In this document: piece by piece, positions 40,101 to 64,000 of the stretch
How positions within the stretch are numbered: position 1 is the first letter of the stretch
How the letters are laid out: the number at the start of each line of letters is the position of its first letter
Notes under the pieces: model-generated
What the model was told of the DNA's origin: nothing
What the model saw: the letters and a program-made list of their open reading frames with translations, nothing else
Database searches by the model: none
From: Tubulanus polymorphus
Taxonomy: Eukaryota; Animalia; Nemertea
NCBI RefSeq assembly: GCF_964204645.1
Contig: NC_134026.1
Span: 1,201,950-1,265,949 of the forward strand
Length of the DNA stretch: 64,000 bases
Direction of reading: 5' to 3'
Translations under genes and position numbers: made by a program

Positions 40101-43100
40101 CTCTGAAAAAAATACTCCAATTTGTTATTATCTTTTTTAATAGATCGGTTTAGTGTGAGATTGATTCTAATCGTCATTGATTCAAATTACATACCGGCCA
40201 CGTTTGGAAGGCTTTCATCTAAAACAAATTAAAAAACAAGATACAATTGTTGATGACTATTACATATCTAACATTCGATGAATGAAAAACTAATTGGTCA
40301 TTGCATAATAATGAAATTGCTAATACGCACATTTATCTAAGTTTTCACAGTGAGGTTTCCATGCGCTTTGAATTCCTGTCATTATATCACGTAGTGATTT
40401 CTTATTGTCATCCGTGCAATTGTTCGTCGTAAAGTTCCCGCATTCATCAACCTTAGTATCATTTACCACCAGGCTGAAAAATTGCATCAATTCGAGTTTT
40501 GTTTAAACTTTTTGTAAAGCTGTGTGTAAAGCTGATTCTGGTCATACGTAAAAAAATCATAAATATGCAAATGAAGGTGACAAAATAATATAACAAAAAT
40601 AACGCGACAAAACAAAATAAGAAATGTGCGTATTCATGATTTTTTCACGTATGGCCTGATTCGGCCCCCATTCGAGGCTAAATATAATTGTGAGTATTTC
40701 AACTTATTCAAAGCATTCGATTTCATTTTTTCGAATTGATTTTTCTGCCTTTTGAAAAAATTATTTTTCTTGTCCCTTAGACACTTCCTTTATACCCCGG
40801 GGCCAGTTTTATAGACTGGTATTAACTTTAACCCGGGGTTAACTTGACTGAAAATTAATTGAGTTAGCCCCCGGGTTAAAGTTGATACAAGTCTATAAAA
40901 CCGGCCCCAGGGCCCAGTTTCACAAAAAAAGATTAAATTCGTTAAATCGATTTAAATCCTTAAATCGATTTAACTTTTTGAGTTAAATTTCAAACCAAAA
41001 TAGGTTAAATCTTAAATCGATTTAGAAGTGAGTTGAATTTAACCCATCGCAGGAGGAGGATTAAATATCCTTAAATCGATTTAAGAATTTAAATCGATTT
41101 TAGATCTTTTTTGTAAAACCGGGCCCAGCTTACTTACGTGCAAAACGTATTCGTTTTCTCTGGCGAATAAAGCGCCTCAAACGAATCCCTGATAAATTTG
41201 ATAATACAAACGCTTCCAGGGCCAGCTTCGCACTTTCCTGTAAAGAGAATTTCTTCACTGCAACTGCGCACGACGTGCCTTTAAGTTTAAATTATATGTC
41301 TTTGCACATATCATGTGCGGATTTAGTAATCAGAACCCAGTTCCACAGTTGTGATTTAGAGTTAACTCTGAGTTAAAGTTAGTTCATTTTCAATGTTTTA
41401 ACCCAGGGTCAAATCTTAACTCAGAACTGTGGAACTGGACCCTGGCTACTTACCTTTTTTGAAATAGTAATAACCAGTTCTTTTCGTTAGTAGTTGATTA
41501 CTAGGGCAACTGGACTCGAAGAACCTGCAAAACTTTGTTGACTTATAATCGAAAGCTTTACACTTAGGCTCATCATCGCACGCTTTTTTGCACTCAAATG
41601 CGTCCTTTCCGTTCTGGTCTGGTAATTTTGCTGAAGCTCCACACTCTGTATTGTGCATGTATTCATACCAAGGCCATTCTGTAACAGAATATTCACCTTT
41701 TTAAAAACTGATTCGACGTTTAAAAAACCTTCTTTTTCTCTTGTAATATCGCATACAAATCTTACTTGGAATCATGCATGTGTTGTTGGACCAGGGTATC
41801 GAATCTACGTAGTCACAGTCAGTCTCCTGTTTTACAAACGTTGCACTTGCACTAGTGAGATTAAACGTCGGACAATTAGCAGTAATATCTATATCTGCTA
41901 AAGAAGACCATTTCTTATCGACATTTAGGTTAACCATCATTCCTTTAAACTTTTCAACGGCATTCTGGATCACTTGGAAGTCTGCATAGGCACTCTCTAA
42001 CCAAAACTCCAACTTAATCGTGTACGTCAACGTTGTCTGAGAAACAAATAAACAAACAGAAATTCATGTTGAATTCCTTTGCACCTCATCTCTCATTCGT
42101 GCCGGAATCGAATTCGGGGGTTCGATCAAAAAAGGGTTGTGTAACTGAATTATCGAGTTAACACACTGACAGTGTCATCTGCCTTAATTCAAAAGAGTGA
42201 ACCGCCCATAGTTAGATTATCAATTCTAAGAATGCAGGTCGTCTCCGATCAGTTTGTATCGTGTTCCATACAGTTGCATATTTTATTACGTTACATTTTG
42301 AAGGAAATGTTACAAATCATGTGCGGAGTACTTCGAATCCGAAGCGCAATTCTTAATGGCAGCTCAACTTGTTCGAGCATCTGAACCATTGGGTTTACAA
42401 CAACATTTCAATACTTTGAAAGTTAGCGATAAATGTAACTATCTACTTTTTGGTGAAAAGGATTTCTCATTTGATACAAACAATACTGTTTTACTGACAA
42501 TTGCAAAATTTATATTAAAAAGTCATAAATTGTAGTATCAATTTCTAGCACCGTCATTATATGATTTGTATGTTCATTTTCACTTTTGGACGCGCTGAAG
42601 CTTCCAACAAAACTTAGAATCTGCAGCGCATCCAGCGGTTAACATATCCGTTATTATTATGTCATATTCAAACTCACTGTAATGTCACCTTATGACGAAA
42701 GTGAGTTTTATCTAAATTTTGTATATACAACTTAATGTAAATAAGATTCAAATGTTTAAAAAAAGCTCGATTCGTTACTCACCGAATTTTTTTTGTAATC
42801 GTATTTGCTTGGAAAAACTTGGATCGGTAATATTGCAGAGCTCACAGTTCCACGGATGTTATTTATGTTATTACGAAGCTTTCCAAAATATGAAGTTAAA
42901 TTGCAAGCATCCGGTAGGTTGACTTTTTCTTTTACATAGGTAAGCGCCATCGTCTGGATTATCATTTTGGGGACAACTGTCAAAGAAATACAAATGTTAT
43001 ATCTTTCAAAGGGTTATAGATATTTTGGATTAGGTTTCGGTGACTTACTGCGCATGTTATCGGTGAGTTTCTCGATTGCGCATCTATTTGTGTTGAGATC

Positions 43101-44020
43101 CAACTCAAAACCACTAGCGCATTGATATGACGCCGAAAATGAGTAAGATTGTGAGTCAAGCATCCAATTGTTACAACTCGAAAGATTTGCGGTCTGGATC
43201 TTTTCTACAACTCCAATAAGAGATTTATCGGTCAGAAAGGTTTGTGATGTGTATATCGATGAACAGTTTTCCCAGACGCTTACGTCCATCACGACATACA
43301 AACGCAAAGATGACATCTAAAAAATAAACACGAAAATATCATAATATGACAGATCAAAAGAGAAAACGATTATGATTCTCTTTAAAAGAGCTTAATTGTG
43401 TATCAAACGTACAAATTTGTACGAGTTTGTTTTACTCAATTTCGCTGTGATCGTCTGATCTTTGAGGTTTTGGATACAGCTATCTGTGTTGTTCGCCACT
43501 TCCTCCCTATAATCAAAATACAAGTGGCGAAGATGAACGAAAACTCACTATATAATTCAGCTGTGCAGATAAATGTGACATCATTCGCAGAGTTAAGCAT
43601 AAAAAGTTACAAGATTAAATGATTAAAGATTTGTTCGAAAATATTTAACTAAAAGAGATTCTCTTTCCATCTTGAATATCACTCTTATACAAACTTACTT
43701 GAATGCTGTTGCCAGATTTTCTTTCGCCCAGACATCTGTCTGATCAGTACACGTGGACGGAACCACCGTGTGGGGGTATTTTGGATGATTTATGTAAGCG
43801 TATAGCATCAACTTTACTTCGGTTACCGGCGGAGTGCTTTCGACTGTTGCACACGTCACCTGACCTACAGAAATGAAGCGGACAGTTTTCTTACAATCAC
43901 CGCCATTCTTTCCGTCTAATAAATTCAAATGATCTAAGTACATAAATAAAAATGATGATTTTAGGTATACCCACCAATGAGGATGGTCAGAAACACCAGT
44001 ATCAGGTGTCCATTCGTCAT
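19127..44020 (-). CDS. Giant multi-exon type-I membrane protein: signal peptide, two N-terminal modules, PAN/apple, ~24 six-Cys helical (DUF19-like) repeats, VWD + EGF (VWDE-like) region, TM, cytoplasmic tail
   Basis: ATG at 44020 (MTNGHLILVFLTILIDGKNG) with a TATA-like box ~65 bp upstream. PAN exon ~41452-41678 (CKKACDDEPKCKAFDY). Repeated A/B exon pairs span ~41238-25700. VWD motifs are CKAVGDPHYTTFD (~24545-24600), CNCAVSIR (~24230) and CGWFNGNKANDL (~23365-23395). EGF is CPGQCNLRGACEGG|NCTCYPGWDGESC. TM is IIIIVVVCVCIVLGALGVVIY (~19630-19700). The last exon 19250-19127 ends ...PPPPPLPIEKTAVIEDPLY*. Splice phases are consistent wherever checked; not every internal exon was verified. Confidence 0.82.
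26300..26396. mobile_element. MITE family D copy (TIR CAGTTCCACAG...CTGTGGAACTGG)
   Basis: Near-identical to 41336-41444, sharing the core GAGTTAAAGTTAGTTCATTTTCAATGTTTTA...CAGAACTGTGGAACTGGACCCTGG. Inverted termini are present. Confidence 0.75.
28150..28299. repeat. Long near-perfect inverted repeat (hairpin/MITE-like), arms ~65 bp
   Basis: AAGTACGGAAGAGCAATGCGGCCAACAAC..TTTATTTTCAGTTTAAAAATTCGACTTTTCGAGTT pairs with AACTCGAAAAGTCGAATTTTTAAACTGAAAATAAA..GTTGTTGGCCGCATTGCTCTTCCGTACTT. Confidence 0.9.
28636..29220. mobile_element. Possible non-autonomous interspersed element (Helentron/DINE-1-like) in an intron
   Basis: A ~600-bp intronic block begins AAACTAG.. and ends in an (AAAC)n microsatellite, a layout typical of DINE-1/HINE elements. 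No second copy is in the window, so this is inference only. Confidence 0.3.
36212..36623. repeat. Minisatellite of ~20 copies of CACACGATATAGAATACTGG (20 bp) with a 21-bp variant (CACACTGATATAG...) roughly every 4th unit
   Basis: Direct tandem periodicity, with a higher-order ~81-bp structure visible. Confidence 0.95.
37730..38090 (+). mobile_element. Probable 3' end of a non-LTR retroelement (CR1/L2-like) ending in an AATAAA + (TTCA)n tail
   Basis: An intronic CpG-poor stretch ends in AAAATAAAACG(TTCA)~12 at 38033-38090. Microsatellite tails are typical of CR1/L2 3' ends. No ORF homology was seen. Confidence 0.35.
38968..39106. mobile_element. MITE family A copy 2
   Basis: GGGCTGGTTGCATAGTCATGGCTTAGACTTAAGACCAGTC...AAGTCACGACTGTGCAACTGGCCCC is highly similar to 9971-10110. 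Confidence 0.8.
40800..40907. mobile_element. MITE family B (TIR GGGCCAGTTTTATAGACT...AGTCTATAAAACCGGCCC)
   Basis: Inverted arms of ~40 bp, flanked by CCG-like/CAG triplets. Confidence 0.75.
40911..41125. mobile_element. MITE family C (TIR GGCCCAGTTTCACAAAAAA...TTTTTTGTAAAACCGGGCC; internal TTAAATCGATTTAA repeats)
   Basis: Inverted termini with CAG on both sides. It directly abuts family B. Confidence 0.75.
41336..41444. mobile_element. MITE family D copy
   Basis: CCCAGTTCCACAGTT...CAGAACTGTGGAACTGGACCCTGG, homologous to 26300-26396. Confidence 0.75.
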
Positions 44021-45783
44021 CGTGGAGTTCGTAGCTGTTGCTCTTCACAGCTCAACGAACGAAAGCAAGACTCAGGGCTTGGAGATTATATAAATATCAA
44101 ACAACACAAGTAAACTTGTTCCAAATAGCAAAATCTGGAATTTGTTTTCTATGAATTCAGACAAAGGGTCTTAACCGGTTTTCGAGAATCAATTTTGCCG
44201 ATGTGACGTCTGTTATTTCTATTGCTTTTTCTGAAAGTACTGAGGCCTGATACGTTAGCCTAAAACACCCGCGTCATTCTGAATTCGTCTTATACCAAAC
44301 ATTAAAACTAACACGAATGAATAACCGATACAAAATCCATTTGGAACCTCTTCAATAATAAATCTATTCGATATTTCTGGAAAAAAAAATGAAGCGCATA
44401 AATTTACATTGTCGAGGGTCCATGGGGTCTGTGCTTTATTGTCGAATCACGCTCGAAATCATTTTATTTCACTATACTTTCATTATTTGTGCATGAAAAG
44501 AACGAAAGGTACGTTGCCTGTGCCTTTTCAGACAGTTCCAGTTTTGGACCTTTCGATTGCTACGTACAGAAAATAGATATCAAAGAATTGAATGAAAGAA
44601 CTGAGATTTATATGCAGCCCACCCTCATGTGTATTCAACAAATTCATTGCTGGCCTTCGAAAATCAGAAAATCAATTTTGACTTCAATAACCTCAAATAA
44701 CGAAGAAGACAATTCAGTAGCTCTTAACTGCGTGTTTAAGAAATATCAAATATTTGCATTATATCGATGGAAATACGTTTTTTATTGACTTATCGTCGAA
44801 TGTTTTGATACCATATGCCAAATATGCAAACGTTCACATTTTTCTTGCCCATCCTGTAGTCGGTTTTCGATCATGACATTGCCCAAGAAAAACATAAGCG
44901 CATATATGCCACGAAAAACCTGTTATGATATAGGCCAGACATGACTTCGGTTTATGTAAATTCTATATCGTCGCTTTAAAAGCTTAAATGATATGATCTA
45001 TTCACTTTTAGAATGCATTCATACGGGTCTATTTCACGCCGACGCCCTGTACTGGTGCTAAATGACTCAGTACATACGAAAATCAATCACTTGTGTTTGC
45101 TAAGTTTATTTGGTCAGTTTCCACGGTTCTTCATAACTCCATTCATTTTGCGCAACAAAGATACTTATTATGAATATCAAAAAATTGGCATGTCTCATTG
45201 TTGTTCTACAGAAACCCAACATAAATGAAACAGTCACAAACAAAAGAATTTTATGCGATCGAAATGAAGCCACAACGTTTCGGCCGTTGACTAACAACCA
45301 TCATCAGGTGGAATGTTTAACGTTCAACAGCCGAACCGTAGTGGTTTTATCGCATAAATTCTGTTTCTGGGGGGGGGGGGCTAGTCATTTATCCACATTT
45401 GACGGGCGTTGTAGCGTTATATTCGACTAAGAATCAAACAGTGTGCAATTGGAAAATACATAACACTATTTCACTTTCTTTAGCTGTGAAAATATACGCA
45501 TTTCTGCATAATAAAAAAGAAATTATATGAATAAAAAATGAATGCTACAATTCACATACTTTATTTCATATACATGAACACTATTTACACAGACTAGATT
45601 ACTTTCACGTGTCACCTCGCATTATTTTTCGAAGTTTCTACAGTGTTACCTACACGTCTGAAATATACCGTAGCAATGAAATATCATCGACAGTTTAAAT
45701 GGCCAGGTCAAAATGCGACTATACCCACATATGTATGCCAAGTAATTTCTCACTAACTTAACTTAAAGCAATTTCAATGTTTT

Positions 45784-47052
45784 TCAGTAATGGTAATAGT
45801 AACAATAGTCCAGAATTAATTCTCTTGGAAATGGAAAGTTGATAGTGGGCACCGTTCCGCTGTACGTGGTGTTCACGTCACAATTAAAATAGAATCGTTC
45901 GACCATTACCCCCATACCGGTGACCGGCTGACAGCTCGTCCCCGCCCGAAACAAGTAAAACGGGTTTTCATTCGGTAACGTGATCGCCGATCCATTTCCG
46001 GTTCGTTTGCAACAATAGAAGATCTTAGTATACGGTTTATCCTGTCCGAACTCATCGACGCTAGACGGCACTGAACCGCTATACTGTCCAACACTGACAT
46101 CATTGAAGAAAATGTAACCCGAATTGAACCCTACAAATATATGCGCAAACGTAGGAATGCAATTACACAATTACACAATGATCCGTTACAAATGAGAAAT
46201 AAAACACGCAACTAGAAATAAATTATAAGTAGATTTAACCTACCGGATGGACATGCATTTACCATAAATAAACAGTAATTGCCTTCAGGCCATCGCCTGG
46301 TGTTTGCTCCGTTAGTTTTCCGAACGCAAAATGTTTGGTTCGCAAAGTTTTGAGCATAAGCACCTTCGGGCCAATGTTTATAATTTGGAAAAGTATCCTG
46401 ATTAAAGTTCAAATGTTGAGTTTCCCATCCAGTTTCGAACACAAATTCTGATGCAGTTGGACACCCAGTTTTTGTCATAGGTATGGCAAATGGTCCCTCT
46501 GGCCACTGTGAACCATCTGGAACAGGTGTGTTTACTAGAAAATTGAACAAACAATTTTGAGAATCAAACTTTTCAGCTTCGGGATGCTGAATATTTCAGC
46601 AAATTATTTTACGTAATACGTGAAAATGTCCCTTATTTTACTGACGAATCGCCATGTTGGAATACACCAAGAAAAGTAGATATTTATCATTCGGCTAGCA
46701 TCCTTTTTAATGAAATGTGTTTTAGGATTGATAGATATTTCCTACCTTGATTTTGATTCTTGTATGCGATATATCCCAATGGAATGTTGATCTCAGTCGC
46801 ATCTGTCTCCGTACACAACTGACAAGTCTTGGTGTTACCGTTATACAAAAAACCGTCGCAATTTACATTCGATGCATTTTCAGATAAACATTGAACCCCG
46901 CAATTTATTTGTGAGATTTCACCGTGTGTACTAAACACTGAACATTTCAATGTTTTGACGTCGGTCATTTCTTCGAATTTTACTGATCTTTCAATTCCGT
47001 AGGCGAACCGAGTCACGAAGCTCAGTGTCCATAGCAGTTCATAAACGACCAT
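45784..47052 (-). CDS. Secreted apextrin-like protein: signal peptide + PAN/apple-like domain + ApeC domain (314 aa, 3 exons)
   Basis: Exons 47052-46746, 46534-46244 and 46130-45784 are joined by phase-1 GT-AG introns. The PAN-like segment is CGVQCLSE...CDGFLYNGNTKTCQLC. ApeC signatures are WPEGPFAIPMTKTGCP, FETGW, FCVRK, WPEGNYCL, CPSGF..G, FYCCKRTG, LPNENPFYLF, CQPVTGM and LDYCYY. Confidence 0.88.
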
Positions 47053-49842
47053 CTTCTAGTCGGCCCTGTTTTCAGAAGCGCCCATATAATCAAATAAATC
47101 TTCGCGTAAGTTAATACTAATTGGTGTCAAGTGATGGTTTAGGGTTGATCTTTGATAGCATCTTCGCAGCAACCATGTTCCGAGGAGTTTTTTACAGCGT
47201 TGCCATGGCTGTTATTACCTCTCCCTACCGCGGACGTCGCACAAACTGCCGCAGAATATTTTAATCGTCATGGTTGCTTTTGTTGTGCATAAGTACGAAG
47301 ATTTTTAATCAATCCATTAGAAATATCCTGCAAACGCAAGTAATACCGATCAATTAAGACTCAATTAGTGTATTCGTGGGAGTTCTTATTGTCGACGATC
47401 CGGAAAGCAGAAAACTTCGATTTTTCGTCATTCGCTCGAATTAATTCGATTTTGTTTGTCGTAGATAGAAACAAAATTCTAATTGAATAAATCGCTGCCG
47501 CATCGCTGAACTGCACTCATAAACACTCAAAGTATAAAAACTTAACGAAAGTTGCAATGATGAAAAATATCTGAATACATATGTGTATACATATATGTAA
47601 ATACATATATGGAAATATAACTATTATACAATTAGGTCATAATCACTAGCTGGTCCATCTTCATACGTACTGTATCGTAGATATTACAGTAAATGTTTTT
47701 ACATACTAAATGTCCGAGCGGTTTTTGTAGTTTCACCAGGTATTCGGGTCACTCAACCGACGAAGCTACAATACACATAGCACATGAAATGGAGAATATG
47801 CATATAACGAATGTACTATTTGTCTCACAGTTTACTGATTCACAACTCTCTCTTCACTGACTGTGATCTATTTTTTAGAGATGAGGTTTGAATATTTCAT
47901 ATATCGTCCAGTTTTCGACTGACTACCGGGGGTTATAAATCTTTACAAATCGATGACATCATCGAGCAACAACTATCGATATAGGTGAAGCATGGAAGTA
48001 ATAAAAAATAGAAGTCTTTTACCGCCTCCACAGAGTTGCCAGGTGTCCCTGCTTAAGAATAGGTTGCATGTTATTAAAGTGTCCACGCCAGCGCCAACAC
48101 GTCGACAGAAATCCCTGACGACGACGTTTCATACACGACTTTAACATTAAACGGTATTGATTGACCATTTCTGAGCTTGTAAAACAGTTATGATCACGAA
48201 ACGTCGAGAAATCACTTTTAGTTTATTAGTTCCTCGTTGATGTTTGGAAAAATATGTCTACACCGGAATTGTTTTAGATATAAAATTCAGTCGCATTCGT
48301 TCGGATCAAAAATAATCTAGTGGTTATTGATGATGTCGATAAATCAATTGCACCCGCCAGATCTTTTGCTTGATTTAATCACTGATATTTATTACGTTTA
48401 TTTCTCCTTTCATCGAGTACAAATCAGCCGACCTTTCATATCTGGAATCTTTCGATTTATGTTTATGATTGTAGGCCTGGACGGTTTTAGAGTAGTAGTT
48501 CTCACCTGCGCTCGTAACTATTTATTTCAACGTTTTAAGAGGCTTCAGCGAAACTAAGTCAAATCATGTTTTAGTTATGACGACAGACTTCCTATTTTAG
48601 ATTTAATTATGATTAGTCTTCTGAAACTGGACTCTGGGGACTGAAACAATCCTGAATACCTCCGTCGGTTCTGTATGAACGTATTGCATAATGGAATAAT
48701 GAAAATGAATTATAAGGAGGGGCAGAGAAACCCGGAAAAGGGCAGTCCTTATAACAATATTTGCAAAAGGGCACTTTTTAAAAATTTCTGGAGGGCAACT
48801 GCCAAACCCCCGAAGCCCATCGAGTTGGGCGTATTGGCGATCTCTTCTCATCCTACTGGTCAACGCTTCATTCTTCGTCATGTTAAATATGCGAAACGTT
48901 CAACTAGTTGTGTTGTATAACATCGTACTGGAAAAATGTTATTTCTAATTATGCGAACTTTTATGTGAAGCGTGTTTGAATTTTAAGCCTCTTAATCCCA
49001 CGGATCTCAGTAAACTTGCTTCATAGAATGGTTAAGTTTCTTTTCGTCTTTTCAATTTGTGATTGATGGAGTGTTTTCTTCTCCGATGTTTCTTGATAAT
49101 CGTTATGCAAATTGATAGCGAGTAATAGGAAATTAGGATTGGGTTGATTTTGTGCAAATTGATAATAAAACCAGTGTAACCGTTGGCAGCCACAGGAAGT
49201 GGCGTCATTGCTTAAACTAGTAAAACCTTCGGCGCCGTCGGAAGAGTGACGTTGTATGAAAACCATGGCAGACATCACAAAATCAATATTCGAAAAAAGT
49301 TAATTTATATTTCTCCATCCAGTATCACGCTAACAGTGCGTAATAATTCCGTGTGTCAGTCGAAACCTTTAATGGTTGCCCCAGGACTGTACCAAATCGC
49401 TTTCCAATAACACAAGTAACATTTGCCACAGCAAAATTTTGGTATTTTTTCAGTTGTCAAATCATAATTTTGACCTTTCTCCCGAAATTATCGACAGTGC
49501 GGGATATTTGAGGTTGAAAATCTTCAGGGACCTCAAAATTTTAGGTCTGGACCCCCATGGACACTCCCTGAATCCGCCATTGAGTTCATTAGGAACACAG
49601 GGTGAATGAATGAATGTATGGACCGTCAACAAATTTTCATTTCAAATGGGATTCGAACCATGGGGATATTAGTCTAGCATGTTTTGACGTCATTTCGCGC
49701 CGACAATTTTGATTGGTACACTCCAATATAAGTGCAATTTCATTGGCTCCAGCTATATATACATTTCCTTGCCGTAACCGTAATAATGTGGTATTTCGTG
49801 AAGGACGCGTGGAGTGCCTGTGTGCCCTAAAATCTCCCTAAA

Positions 49843-50300
<458 letters not shown>

Positions 50301-51091
50301 TATCCATAAATGAATAAGGAACAATGTTAAAATCGCAGAGATTGTGAACATTTATTACCCATTAGCGAGTTAGATGTGAACATGGATATTTTGCTGAAAT
50401 CTACGTTAAATCTTTCGTTCATAGTCTCCTTTAGGTTAAAGTTCTACCAGGATAAGTCAAATACCGATTTCAGGATTTAACTATGGATATGTAATTTTCC
50501 ACATGGACCAGAATTGTCATAATGGAGTGTTTCTAGTTTTGTAGAGAGAAAAGAAAAGTAAAACAAACAACTGGTTTGACATTGATACACAACCGAAACA
50601 TAATTTATTATTACATAGAGATATCTATACACACAGAGATATGATGAAACGATAGGTTATGGAAGTACATATTGATGAATGGGAACATTTTTTCTAAATT
50701 ATCTATTTTATATAAAAATCAAAGGAATAATAAATCACAACTAGTTTCTTTTTACATACTTTACTTTAATATTATGATAATTCTACTCAAATTTATTACA
50801 CGGTGCGGTGACAATTTTTTGTGCGCTGAACATTTAAATCATATTTGAAAAAGTTAAAATTATTCATGATATTAAAATAGCTTTATTTATGGTAAGACTA
50901 ATGTTTGTTGTAATGAACCTATTGACTATTGTTTGCACATGATAATAATGTAAGCTAGTCTAATCTGAGAAACCTGTCAGATTTGTTGTACATTAGTTTC
51001 GGCCAGATTTGAACACAAAAACAAACTAAAGATTCTTCGAGAATCTTCTTCAACTTGTGGAAAATATCTTGCGGAGTAGATGCATTGCGTA

Positions 51092-63076
<11,985 letters not shown>

Positions 63077-63645
63077 CGCTTTCGCTGGTCGGCATGTACC
63101 TTCCGTGCAAAGTATTTCCGTTTGCGACCACAGAAAATCATTCGCGTCAATTTGTAGACGCTAGTGTCACACCATCATTGCGAGGACCGCTATATTAGTT
63201 TCCTTTTTGGCTGAAGATGTAGCGCTTTATGGAATGGTTAAGCTACTTATGATCGACCGCCGAACGCCTTAATCTCGACGAACGTTCTCCAACGCGTGGA
63301 ATACACCGCTTCCAGTAGTGCAACCGATCGCTCTCTCTCTCTCACGTCCACGGCCACTAAGACGGTGTCATAATGAAGTATACTCCTGCCCAACAAATTA
63401 CCGGTATCCCGTCGTAAATATTTCCGAAAACCTCCGTTTCTATTATTCGTTAAATCTCATTTCAATACAAAAACGGCAAGCAGTATATTATAGTCTCAGG
63501 TATAACAATGGTTACCGTAGATATTTCACATAAACCTCGCTCGAAAAACGACGTTAATTTTCATATGAATACGCGCGGCCTGTTTTATGATATACGTTCT
63601 CATTAGTACAGTTCTGCTGGTTAACATTCCGGACATTTCTTTCAA

Positions 63646-63656
63646 ATATATATGTA

Positions 63657-63692
<36 letters not shown>
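63646..63692. repeat. (TA)n microsatellite
   Basis: Seen directly. Confidence 0.9.
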
Positions 63693-63693
<1 letters not shown>

Positions 63694-64000
63694 ATGATTT
63701 TATATGATTTTCATGAGTTCTGACATTAAATTAGTTGTTTCCAAATCGACCGTGTTGCACTACATAAGTTGAACATACCATGCATACCAGGAAATGCTCT
63801 TAGGTAAAATTTTAGGAAGCAAAATCGAGGCATTGAAAAACGTTTATTTAATTCTATATATTTGAAATTAACGAGACAGAAACAGGATAGGTCCTACTCC
63901 TTTTCAAGCAATGCATTATGAGGGCTTAATAAGGACTTTATGAGGCTTTGCTGATTTGTGGATTGATGATGTTGAAAAGGCTTGTGGAATTTATTAAAAC

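Noticed and set aside
48690-49580. GC-richer fragments resembling ends of CAGGGGCGGATCC-type MITEs (e.g. CCCTGAATCCGCCATTG ~49565-49581)
   Set aside because: Matching termini could not be paired with confidence, so boundaries are not supportable.

Overview
This is AT-rich, intron-containing animal DNA, most likely from an invertebrate or lophotrochozoan. That assignment is inferred from the ApeC, LEV-9-like and VWDE-like gene content; the species cannot be determined. The ORF track mostly shows exon fragments, so I assembled six spliced genes by hand. (1) An SLC18/VMAT-family vesicular transporter (+, 2584-8549) with a strongly altered substrate pocket, portabella-like. (2) A secreted 289-aa precursor (+, 11693-16596) that looks like an invertebrate long-chain four-helix (IL-6/CNTF/LIF-type) cytokine, with a 5-exon, phase 1-0-0-0 layout. 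(3) A ~25-kb gene (-, 19127-44020) for a giant type-I membrane protein: signal peptide, PAN/apple, about 24 tandem six-cysteine helical repeats with micro-exon linkers, a VWD/EGF (VWDE-like) region, TM and a signalling-type tail. (4) A PAN-ApeC (apextrin-like) secreted protein (-, 45784-47052) lacking DxED motifs. (5) LYRM9 (+, 49843-50300). (6) A LEV-9-like WAP + 8 CCP protein (-, 51092-63076). Introns carry several GGGCC-ended MITE families, a long hairpin, minisatellites and microsatellites. All family assignments come from motif recognition, not database searches.
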